Origin: Thermodesulfobacteriota bacterium
GTDB taxonomy: Bacteria; Desulfobacterota; Desulfarculia; Adiutricales; JAGVGV01
DNA: 64,000 nt
Assembly (NCBI GenBank): GCA_040755515.1
Contig: JBFMAW010000008.1
Location: 135,016-199,015 of the forward strand
Direction of reading: 5' to 3'
The notes below the pieces were generated by a model that worked only from the letters and a program-made list of their open reading frames with translations, was not told the DNA's origin and ran no database searches. Below are positions 9,715 to 20,055 of this stretch, piece by piece. A program made the translations under genes and the position numbers. The first letter of the stretch is position 1; each line of letters starts with the position of its first letter.

Positions 9715-10025
9715 CCTTACCTCCCGCGCCGGTCCATCAGCCTGCCTGGTTTTCTACCCTATCCCGGCGGCGGGGGCAAGAGCGGTTCTATCTAGGTATC
9801 TCCTCGGTGTAGACCGGCCACCGGTTCGTCCGGAGGGTTTCTCGGAACCGAAGGTCCGCCGATCGTCCGATCGGTCAGGTCTTCAAAAGGTCCATATTTT
9901 GTCTTAACAATTTGGTACATTTCAACATTTGAGCCAAGGAATCACATCACCAGTGTCCGTTGGATAATCATCCTCAAGTCGGCGCTCTTCCGATCCCCTC
10001 GGAAACCTTAAAGAAGAGTCAAGTC

Positions 10026-10107
10026 TATTTGTCTTGATAAAACTAGATAAAAGATAAGGGTGGATACTTTATTTGTCTTGACAGGGGTATCTCGAAATTT
10101 TTATATA
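10026..10107 (+). promoter_or_regulatory. Sigma70 promoter of the TRAP operon with overlapping repeated operator-like motif
   Basis: TTGACA at 10078-10083 and a TATATA-like -10 near 10102; TATTTGTCTTGA repeated at 10026 and 10070, related TTGTCTTAACAA near 9899. Confidence 0.55.
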
Positions 10108-10168
10108 AGAAGCATCGGACAATTAGATTTCAACCGAGGAGAAATCCTAAGAAAAGGAGGCTGTCAGG

Positions 10169-11152
10169 ATGAAGAAGATTATTTTACTTTCAGGACTCAT
10201 GTTCGCGGTTCTATTACTGGTTTGTTCACCTGTTTATGCCCAACAGAAAGCTGGCTGGCCCAAATCAGTAACGGTGGGCGCCGCCCCGGTTGGAGGCACT
10301 TATTACATCTGGGCTGGAGGATACACCAAGCTGTTGCATGACAAAATGGGAATTCCAGGAAATGTCGAGGTCACGGGAGGCCCGGTTCATAACACCCAGT
10401 TGGTGGATCAAAAGAAACTCGACTTCGGCATGGTGACCGCTGGTCCGGTCTGGGAAGGGTTCTATGGCGAAGGTTGGGCCAAGGGCAAGAAACACGATAA
10501 CGTTCGAGTCATCTTCCCTATGTATACCACTTATTTCCAGATGTATTCCTTGAAAGCCAAGGGGATTAAAAGCATTCTCGATCTGAATGGCAAGAGCGTG
10601 GGCGTGGGCCCCGTGGGGGGGACTCCAGCCACTTATTGGCCCAAGATTCTTGAAATCGCCGGCGTGAAGCCCGGCCGGATTGTGAATGCCGGGTCGGCCG
10701 ATCTGAATTCTCAGCTCAAAGACGGAATGCTGGACGCCAACGGTCAATCGGTGGGACTGCCCTGGGTGACCGTCACGGAGGTGGAAACCACCCATGACGT
10801 CAACGTCTACGGCGTTCCGGCCGCGGATGCGGATAAGTTCATAGTTAAGTATCCTTATTTCTCCAAGGGGATCATTCCTAAGGGAACCTATAAGAGTAAT
10901 AAGAATGTTGACCTGGATACGCTCACTGTTTGGAACTTCATGACCGTTCATAAGGATACGCCCGATGATTTCGTCTATGAAGTTATCAAGAAAACCTTTG
11001 AAAACGTCGCTATATTAATTGCCACACATAAATCGGCTGAAGAGGTCAAAGCGGAGAATATCGTCCATAGTCCGATAATTCTTCATCCTGGCGCGGTCAA
11101 GTATTTTAAGGAAAAAGGCATTAAGCTGCCGGATAAAATAATACCCAAATAA
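10169..11152 (+). CDS. TAXI-family TRAP transporter solute-binding protein
   Basis: Signal peptide; GGTYY, EVTGGPVHN and LHPGAVKY motifs. Confidence 0.92.
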   Translation: MKKIILLSGLMFAVLLLVCSPVYAQQKAGWPKSVTVGAAPVGGTYYIWAGGYTKLLHDKMGIPGNVEVTGGPVHNTQLVDQKKLDFGMVTAGPVWEGFYGEGWAKGKKHDNVRVIFPMYTTYFQMYSLKAKGIKSILDLNGKSVGVGPVGGTPATYWPKILEIAGVKPGRIVNAGSADLNSQLKDGMLDANGQSVGLPWVTVTEVETTHDVNVYGVPAADADKFIVKYPYFSKGIIPKGTYKSNKNVDLDTLTVWNFMTVHKDTPDDFVYEVIKKTFENVAILIATHKSAEEVKAENIVHSPIILHPGAVKYFKEKGIKLPDKIIPK

Positions 11153-11171
11153 TTCCCTGACCGAGCCGGCC

Positions 11172-11203
11172 GTGCGGATGACAAACGATATTGTCATCCG
11201 CAC
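11172..11203 (+). terminator. Perfect 13-bp stem-loop between the SBP and permease genes (mRNA stabiliser or attenuating terminator)
   Basis: GTGCGGATGACAA-acgata-TTGTCATCCGCAC; no strong U-tract. Confidence 0.6.
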
Positions 11204-11346
11204 CTAAAGATGGAATTGTACGTTCGAATAATTTGTCTTCTCATTACGGGCGCTTCAAGCGCCAGAGAGAAAAGGTGCGCTTTCCTGAACCCGAAACGAA
11301 GAAACCTAGTTGACCCAAGATCAATTGATCGTGGAGGAATCCGGTA

Positions 11347-13305
11347 ATGATCCAGGAAGAGCCCATTGATTTGAAAGAAATCGACGCCCGGCTCGAAAAG
11401 ATGAAAATAAAGGACCTGGAAATATCCGGGGGCGCCGAGTTAAAAGGCGTCTGGCAGGCGATTGTTTTCGTGATCGGCCTGGCCATGAGCCTGTTTCATA
11501 TTTATGTCCTGACGGTTCGCGCCATTGATCCCTGGTATTTCCGGACCATGCACGTGGTCTTTGCCGGAGTCCTGATATTTGCCCTGCTTCCCGGCTGGAA
11601 AGAGATTGTCAGGAAAAAGCCGCATGTCGTGGACTATGTTTTTATGCTCATGCTGGTGATCCCGACGCTGTACATCTTCATCGATTTCGATGAATGGATT
11701 TACCGCGTCGGCGTGGTGCCCACCAATTGGGATTTTTTCTTTTCGACCCTTTTTGTGTTGGCCGTTTGGGAGATGGCCAGGCGGGCCACAGGCTGGCCCC
11801 TGGCCATCTTGACCGCCGTTTTCATTCTTTATGGTTATTTGGGCAATTACATGCCCGGCCTGTTCTATCATAAGGGCTATTCCTGGCCGCGGATAATGAC
11901 CTATCTTTTCAGCCTCGATGGAATCCTGAGCCTGCCCATTCTGGCTTCAGCCCATTATATTTTTCTCTTCGTCCTTTTCGGGGCCTTTGTGGAAAACTCG
12001 GGCGCGGGGAAATTCTTCGTGGATTTCGCCCGATGCGCGGCCGGACGCCTGCGGGGCGGGCCGGCCAAAGTCTCCATCATCTCCAGCGCCTTGATCGGCA
12101 CGGCCTCGGGGTCCTCGGTGGCCAACGTGGTGGTGGACGGGGTTTTCAACATTCCCTTGATGAAGGCCAGTGGATTCAGATCGGCGGTGGCCGGCGCGGT
12201 GGAGGCCATGAATTCGACCGGAGGGCAGATAGTTCCGCCGGTTATGGGGGCGGGAGCTTTCCTCATGGCCGAGATCCTGGGCATCTCTTATTCCAAGGTG
12301 GCTTTGGCCGCCATCATCCCGGCCGTTTTATACTTCACTTCCGCCTATTGGATGATTGATTTTTATGCGGGCTCGGTCGGGCTGAAAGGGCTGGCCAGGG
12401 AGGAATTGCCCGTCTTCAAACGGATCATGAAGGAGAAAGGTTACCTCCTGGTACCGCTGGTGGTCCTTCTGGTCTGCCTGATGGTCTTGATGTATTCGCC
12501 CTACCGTTCCGCCATCTTCGCCATCATAGCTCTGATTATAGTGAGTTGGGTGAGAAAAGAGACCAGGATGGGGTTCAAGGCCGTGATCTCTACCCTATCC
12601 AAAGGGGCCAAGGGTTCAATGGAGATCGCCGCCACCTGCGCCGCCGCCGGAATCATCGTTGGCATTCTCTCTCAAACAGGATTGGGCCAGAAGTTCGCCA
12701 TGATCATCTTTTCCTATTCCGGAGGCAACCTCCTACTGGCTCTTTTCTTCACCATGATCATCGCCATTGTCCTGGGCATGGGCATGCCGACCACGGCGGC
12801 TTACGCCATTTCCGCTTCGGTCTTGGCCCCGGCCTTGATCAGGGAATTCAATGTCGCTCCGATGGCCGCCCATTTTTTCATTTTTTATTTTGCCTGCCTT
12901 TCGGCTTTGACACCGCCGGTGGCCCTGGCTTCCTTTGCCGCGGCCGCCATCGCCTCGGCCCGACCCTGGGACGTGGGTTGGCAGGGCATGAGATTCGCCG
13001 TGGCGGGTTTTATCATTCCTTACATGGTGGTTTATGGTCCGGCCATGGTTTTGGTTGGCAGCCCCATGGATATAACCATGGCCGTCGTTACCGGACTATT
13101 GGGCACCTTGGCCTTGGCCGCGGCGGTCCAGGGATGGCTTCTGAAGAGGACCACCTGGCTGGAGAGGATAATTCTGCTGGGGGCGGCCTTAACCTTGATC
13201 AAGCCAGGTTGGATCACCGACTTGATCGGTCTGGGACTGTTGGCCGGTGTATCAGGCGTCCAGTATTACATCATCAAGAAAACCGGGGAATCCCTGAGCG
13301 AGTGA
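11347..13305 (+). CDS. TRAP transporter fused 4TM/12TM permease
   Basis: GGPAKV, SGSSVANV, STGGQIVPPVMGAGAF, GMGMPTTAAY and LTPPVALA motifs. Confidence 0.93.
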   Translation: MIQEEPIDLKEIDARLEKMKIKDLEISGGAELKGVWQAIVFVIGLAMSLFHIYVLTVRAIDPWYFRTMHVVFAGVLIFALLPGWKEIVRKKPHVVDYVFMLMLVIPTLYIFIDFDEWIYRVGVVPTNWDFFFSTLFVLAVWEMARRATGWPLAILTAVFILYGYLGNYMPGLFYHKGYSWPRIMTYLFSLDGILSLPILASAHYIFLFVLFGAFVENSGAGKFFVDFARCAAGRLRGGPAKVSIISSALIGTASGSSVANVVVDGVFNIPLMKASGFRSAVAGAVEAMNSTGGQIVPPVMGAGAFLMAEILGISYSKVALAAIIPAVLYFTSAYWMIDFYAGSVGLKGLAREELPVFKRIMKEKGYLLVPLVVLLVCLMVLMYSPYRSAIFAIIALIIVSWVRKETRMGFKAVISTLSKGAKGSMEIAATCAAAGIIVGILSQTGLGQKFAMIIFSYSGGNLLLALFFTMIIAIVLGMGMPTTAAYAISASVLAPALIREFNVAPMAAHFFIFYFACLSALTPPVALASFAAAAIASARPWDVGWQGMRFAVAGFIIPYMVVYGPAMVLVGSPMDITMAVVTGLLGTLALAAAVQGWLLKRTTWLERIILLGAALTLIKPGWITDLIGLGLLAGVSGVQYYIIKKTGESLSE

Positions 13306-13503
13306 GATAACTGACTCAATCGGCGCTTGAAGGCCCGCGGGCCAATGCTGGACACGAGGGGGCTGGGTATTTCCTGTACCTGGCTACAGGATTATGGCGC
13401 CTCGAGAGTTCGGCCCCAGCTCTTGGCGGAACAAGGTGAAACCCATGAGCCCCCGGCTTGCGGTGGAGGCAGCCGATGATATATTACCAAATGAGGTGCG
13501 GGT

Positions 13504-14559
13504 ATGGCGATTCATAGAATTGCTCTGATTCCGGGGGATGGGATCGGCCGGGAAGTGGTGCCGGAAGCCGTCCGGGTCCTTAAGGCCCTGGCGGCTCAAG
13601 GCGGCTTTGCCCTGGAATTCACCGAATTCCCTTTTTCGTGTAATCATTTCCTGGAACGCGGAGTCATGCTCACCCCAGGAGACCTGGAGAGCTTGCGCGA
13701 TTTCGAGGCCCTCTTCTTGGGCGCCATGGGCGATCCCCGCGTCCCGGACCATGTTTCCTTGTGGGGTCTGCTGTTGCCTATCCGCCGCCGGTTCGACCAG
13801 TATGTGAATTTAAGACCAGTGCGCCTCTTGCCTGGAGTGAATTCACCTTTGGTCGGGCGAGGCCCCAAGGACATTGACTTCGTGATAGTGCGGGAAAACA
13901 CGGAAGGAGAGTATTCGGACATCGGCGGCCGGCTGTACGAAGGCACCGACAGAGAATCGGTGGTTCAAACGACCGTTTTTACCCGTAAGGGTGTGGACCG
14001 GGTTATCCGTTTTGCCTATGAGCTGGCCGAGTCCAGACCCAAGAAGCATCTGACCTCGGCGACCAAATCCAACGGTATAAAATTCACCATGCCTTTTTGG
14101 GACGAACGTTTTCTGGCCATGGGACGGGCTTTCCCTGAAGTCAAGACGGACCAATTCCATATTGACATCCTCACCGCCCATTTCGTTCGACATCCGGACT
14201 GGTTCGACGTGGTGGTGGCCAGCAATCTTCTGGGTGACATATTGTCTGACCTCGGACCGGCCGTTGCTGGAGGCATCGGCCTGGCCCCCTCGGCCAACCT
14301 CAACCTGGAGCGCGATTTCCCCTCGATGTTCGAGCCCGTTCATGGGTCGGCGCCGGATATTGCCGGCCTAGGCCTGGCTAATCCCATCGGGGCTCTCTGG
14401 TCGGCGCAGATGATGCTTGATTTTCTAGGGGAGAACGAAGCCGCCCAGGTCTTGATGAAGGCCATCGAGTCCACCACCGCGGATGGTATTCTTACGCCTG
14501 ACCTGGGTGGTAAATCCAAAACCACGGAATTCACGGATGCGGTCCTGGCCAGGTTGTAA
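13504..14559 (+). CDS. ttuC: Tartrate dehydrogenase / D-malate dehydrogenase (decarboxylating)
   Basis: IPGDGIG, VPDHVSLWGLL, RENTEGEYS, TSATKSNG, MPFWD and EPVHGSAPDIAG motifs. Confidence 0.88.
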   Translation: MAIHRIALIPGDGIGREVVPEAVRVLKALAAQGGFALEFTEFPFSCNHFLERGVMLTPGDLESLRDFEALFLGAMGDPRVPDHVSLWGLLLPIRRRFDQYVNLRPVRLLPGVNSPLVGRGPKDIDFVIVRENTEGEYSDIGGRLYEGTDRESVVQTTVFTRKGVDRVIRFAYELAESRPKKHLTSATKSNGIKFTMPFWDERFLAMGRAFPEVKTDQFHIDILTAHFVRHPDWFDVVVASNLLGDILSDLGPAVAGGIGLAPSANLNLERDFPSMFEPVHGSAPDIAGLGLANPIGALWSAQMMLDFLGENEAAQVLMKAIESTTADGILTPDLGGKSKTTEFTDAVLARL

Positions 14560-14784
14560 GTTGGAGTTCTTTTAGAACCGGTATTACCAAGACTGGCTTT
14601 GGACCGAACAAGAGGTCTAAAAAACGGCCGGGTGGTCCTGTCCGGCACCGGACCCGAACTTATGTCCAACGCCTAGGTCAAGGAAGCTTATCCGGGCATC
14701 TGACTCCCGCCCCGAAACCCGGCCGTTTATCGCCCCTTGCCCGAGGGCGGAGACAATCCCAAACCTTCTGCAGGAGTCCAGCCC

Positions 14785-15252
14785 ATGACCGGCGAGACCG
14801 ATCCCAGGAAGATACTCTGCGCCCTGGATTTTTCCGAGCACACCGAACGGACCCTGGCCACGGCCATAGCCCTGGCCGAAAAATTCGGCGCCGCGCTGAT
14901 CTTCCTGCACGTGCTCAGCCAGAAGGCCTTTGACGACCTGCGGGAATGGCAAGGCCCGGCCGAAGCCCTGCTGGGCGACGAGGCCGAACAGGCTTTCATC
15001 GGCTTAGGCGAGGAGCGGGCGGCCGGATTGAAGGAGTTCCTGAGCCGGGCCCGGGCGGACCTGGCGCCGCACCAGAGTATTATCACCCGGGGGCAGCCTC
15101 ACGAGGAAATAATCAAAGCGGCCGAGAGCCAGGGCGTGGACCTGATCGTCATGGGCATTAAAGGCAGCGGACTAGGCCGGCAGCTTGGGTTCGGCAGCCA
15201 GGCGGAAAAGGTCTTCCATCGGGCCCATTGCAGCGTTCTGTTCGTCCGGTGA
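14785..15252 (+). CDS. Universal stress protein
   Basis: KILCALDFS...LHV and DLIVMG..G...GSQAEKV motifs; AGGAG RBS. Confidence 0.9.
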   Translation: MTGETDPRKILCALDFSEHTERTLATAIALAEKFGAALIFLHVLSQKAFDDLREWQGPAEALLGDEAEQAFIGLGEERAAGLKEFLSRARADLAPHQSIITRGQPHEEIIKAAESQGVDLIVMGIKGSGLGRQLGFGSQAEKVFHRAHCSVLFVR

Positions 15253-15295
15253 TCGGACTCTTGCTTGAGTGAAGCGGTTTCAGGCCCAGGTTGGG

Positions 15296-15805
15296 TCAAG
15301 TTCGATCGAGATGGGCCAGGGCAGCTCTAAGCTCGTTGGCCGTGCCGGCGGGAGAAACGGCTAAAGCGGCTTCCAGGGCCTGAAGCGCGGCCTCGATCAC
15401 GCCCGGGAGTGGTCGGGAACGCTTCTGTTGAGCCTGGAGGGTGGCCAGGTCCTGCCGCAGATCGGCCATGATGGTTGTCTCGAGTTCGAGATCGGGCAGG
15501 GCCGATTCGAGGCGATCCAGGAATACGGGGAGCGCGAGCGCCGGGGGAGCTTCTCGATCCGAGGGCTCACCGGACAGGCGGAGACCTTCCTCGGTCAGGG
15601 CCAGGGCTCCGGAAAGGCTTCTGATCTCCACCCAGCCTTCGGCCACCAGGATCATGGCCAAATCTTCGGTCCGGCGACGGTCCAGGCCCAACTCCTGGCC
15701 AATGATCCACATACCGGCCGTGCGCGTGAGGTCGCCGGCCGTGGCTTTGTGGACGGCGGCCAGCATCCGCCGCATCAGGTCGTCGCGTTCTCCCTGGTCT
15801 TCCAT
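15296..15805 (-). CDS. Hypothetical protein with possible N-terminal winged-helix
   Basis: GGAGG RBS; IGQELGL...LVAEGWV...LTEEG wHTH-like pattern. Confidence 0.65.
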   Translation of the reverse strand: MEDQGERDDLMRRMLAAVHKATAGDLTRTAGMWIIGQELGLDRRRTEDLAMILVAEGWVEIRSLSGALALTEEGLRLSGEPSDREAPPALALPVFLDRLESALPDLELETTIMADLRQDLATLQAQQKRSRPLPGVIEAALQALEAALAVSPAGTANELRAALAHLDRT

Positions 15806-15930
15806 GACGTCTCCTCCGGTTCGATTGACCTATGATCCTAACACAAGCCGGGGTGGGATAGGTAGGGAAGAAGAATCCGGCGCGAGTTTCGAGACGGCCG
15901 CGTTCAAGACAGAGTCCAGGGGGGAATTTC

Positions 15931-16740
15931 ATGCGCGATCTTAGGCTGGCCGTGGCCATGGTCCGGGCCGTGGTGGGGGACAAGGCCGGTAATTTAGAGA
16001 GAATCAGGCATTGGGCCGCCCAGGCCGCGGCTCGAGGCGCCGAGCTTGTACTGTTCCCCGAAGCCTGCCTGACCGGCTACACGGTCCGCGAGACGATGGC
16101 GCCCTGGGCCGAACCGGTCCCCGGACCGTTGATCCAGGAGGTGACCGCGGTGGCCGGGGACCTGGGACTGGTAATAGCGGCCGGCCTGGTGGAACGAAGC
16201 GATGATCAGGGATTGTACCTGACGCAAGCACTGGTCGGGCCGGAGGGCCTCCTGGGGTCGTACCGCAAAACCCATCTCGGTCCCACGGAAAAGACCCTGT
16301 TTTCCGCCGGCGAGGCCCTGGGCCTGTTCGATTGCCTGGGGAGCAGGTTCGGGCTGGAACTATGCTATGAAGGGCATTTCCCGGAAATGAGCCTGGCCTT
16401 GGCCTGGCGCGGGGCAGAGATCATCCTGGTTCCACATGCCTCGCCCCGCGAGGAGCCCGATCAGAAGCTGGACCGCTGGTTGAAGTACCTGCCGGCCCGG
16501 GCTTACGACAATACGGTCTTTTTGGCGGCCTGCAACCTGGTGGGCGATAACGGCGGCGGCTTGAGCTTCTCCGGCGCGGCCTTGATCATAGGACCTAAAG
16601 GCGACGTCCTGGCCCAGGCCTCAGGTCTGGAGGAAGGGTTGATAACGGCCGAACTCAAGGCCTCGGATCTGGCCGCGGTGAAAGAGGGCCGGATGGGCTT
16701 TTTCCTGCCCCAACGCCGGCCGGACCTCTACGATCTCTGA
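15931..16740 (+). CDS. Nitrilase-family carbon-nitrogen hydrolase
   Basis: E-K-C triad: FPE, YRKTH, LCYE; ARAYDN; RRPDLY. Confidence 0.9.
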   Translation: MRDLRLAVAMVRAVVGDKAGNLERIRHWAAQAAARGAELVLFPEACLTGYTVRETMAPWAEPVPGPLIQEVTAVAGDLGLVIAAGLVERSDDQGLYLTQALVGPEGLLGSYRKTHLGPTEKTLFSAGEALGLFDCLGSRFGLELCYEGHFPEMSLALAWRGAEIILVPHASPREEPDQKLDRWLKYLPARAYDNTVFLAACNLVGDNGGGLSFSGAALIIGPKGDVLAQASGLEEGLITAELKASDLAAVKEGRMGFFLPQRRPDLYDL

Positions 16741-16764
16741 GGCTCCGACCGGCGTCGTCTGGGC

Positions 16765-17601
16765 TCATTCCACGTTTTCGGACAGGGCGGTAAAGAGCGA
16801 GTCCCGTTCCGAGACCGTGACTTCGGTGGGCTTTTCCTTTACTTGGTCGGATTCGAAGAACCAGGTCCGGTCGCCGCCCAGTCGTTTGGCTTGATATAAG
16901 GCCTGATCGGCCCGTTCGATCAGGTCCCGAGCTTCTTCCTGGTCATAGTGCTGATGGGTGGCCAGGCCGATGGAGCCGGTCACGCCGTACCGGGCCGTTC
17001 GAGGGTCTTCCGCGATCAGGCCGCGGATGCGTTCGGCCAGGGCCAGGGCCGCCGTGAGGCCGGTATCGGGCAGTATGACGGCGAATTCATCGCCGCCGTA
17101 CCGGGCCGGCATGTCCACGGCCCGGATGCCGCGGCGAATGATGTCGGCCATGGCTTTAAGCAGTTCATCGCCTTGCTGGTGGCCATGGAGGTCGTTGACA
17201 TGTTTGAAGCGGTCGAGGTCAATCATGATCAACGAACAAGGTTTCTCGGTCCGGTTGACCCGCTTCAACTCCACTTCCAGTCGTTCTTGAAAGTAACGGT
17301 GGTTATACAGTCCAGTCAGGCCGTCCGAAACCGACAACTCTTTTAACCGCTGGTTCTCCGACACCAGGGCCTTGAGACAACGCAGGGTTTCCAGGCTGTC
17401 CGGGGAAAGGGTCAGGGTCAGGTCAACTCTTTCCAAAAGGTCCTTGATCTGGTCCGCCCGCGGGTCTTGGAGGAGGAAAGCCAGACCTTGGGCCGTGTTG
17501 TCGTCGCCGCGGAGCAGGCCGGCCAGGGCCCCGGCTTTGACCAGTTCGTCGGCCAGCTTCTCCAGCCTCTGGATGTCCAGCGTTTCCTGCCTCGCTTCCA
17601 T
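16765..17601 (-). CDS. Diguanylate cyclase (GGDEF) with N-terminal helical region
   Basis: DGLTGLYN, DLDRFKHVND, RxxD I-site (RAVD) five residues before GGDEF. Confidence 0.93.
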   Translation of the reverse strand: MEARQETLDIQRLEKLADELVKAGALAGLLRGDDNTAQGLAFLLQDPRADQIKDLLERVDLTLTLSPDSLETLRCLKALVSENQRLKELSVSDGLTGLYNHRYFQERLEVELKRVNRTEKPCSLIMIDLDRFKHVNDLHGHQQGDELLKAMADIIRRGIRAVDMPARYGGDEFAVILPDTGLTAALALAERIRGLIAEDPRTARYGVTGSIGLATHQHYDQEEARDLIERADQALYQAKRLGGDRTWFFESDQVKEKPTEVTVSERDSLFTALSENVE

Positions 17602-17613
17602 TTGACTCGGCCC

Positions 17614-19499
<1,886 letters not shown>

Positions 19500-19503
19500 T
19501 CAT

Positions 19504-20016
19504 CTATCCGCGGCCGACCATGGTCAGTTCTTCATCGGTTAAAACCCGATTAATATCCAGAATAATGATTACCCGGCCTTTGGTCTTGGCCATGCACATG
19601 ATGTAGTCGGTCTTGAGGCTAGCGCCGAAATGCGGTGTGTCTTCGATGTCCTGACCGAGTATATTCATCACTTCATTGACCGTGTCCACGACTATGCCCA
19701 TGAGCACGGTCCCGGTTTCGGATCCGATTTCCACGACGATGATGGTGGTGCGGTCGTTGTATTCCTTTTCCGGCAGGCCAAACTTCACCCTCAGGTCCAC
19801 CACGGGGATGACCTTGCCCCGGAGATTTATCAGCCCCTTGACAAAGGGCGGAGTCTGGGGCACGTGGGTGATGTCCATTAAACCCATTATCTCCCGCACT
19901 TTGAGTATCTCCAAACCGTACTGTTCCTTGGCCAGTTCGAAGGTCAGGTATTTTCCTTCCCTGACCTCCGCGAGGGCGGGCGATTCGAACGTCGCGTCCG
20001 TCTCCTGGTCGGTCAT
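19504..20016 (-). CDS. cheW: Chemotaxis coupling protein CheW
   Basis: YLTF...YGLEILKVREI and GLINLRGKVIPVVDL motifs. Confidence 0.95.
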   Translation of the reverse strand: MTDQETDATFESPALAEVREGKYLTFELAKEQYGLEILKVREIMGLMDITHVPQTPPFVKGLINLRGKVIPVVDLRVKFGLPEKEYNDRTTIIVVEIGSETGTVLMGIVVDTVNEVMNILGQDIEDTPHFGASLKTDYIMCMAKTKGRVIIILDINRVLTDEELTMVGRG

Positions 20017-20055
20017 TATCGATCCTCCCGGTGTATCCACGTTGCGCCGGTTGCG

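Noticed and set aside
8431-14559. pdxA as PdxA2 in a four-carbon acid-sugar pathway with the TRAP system
   Set aside because: No DUF1537 kinase or related genes; pdxA looks host-like in composition whereas the TRAP block looks different, so adjacency is probably incidental
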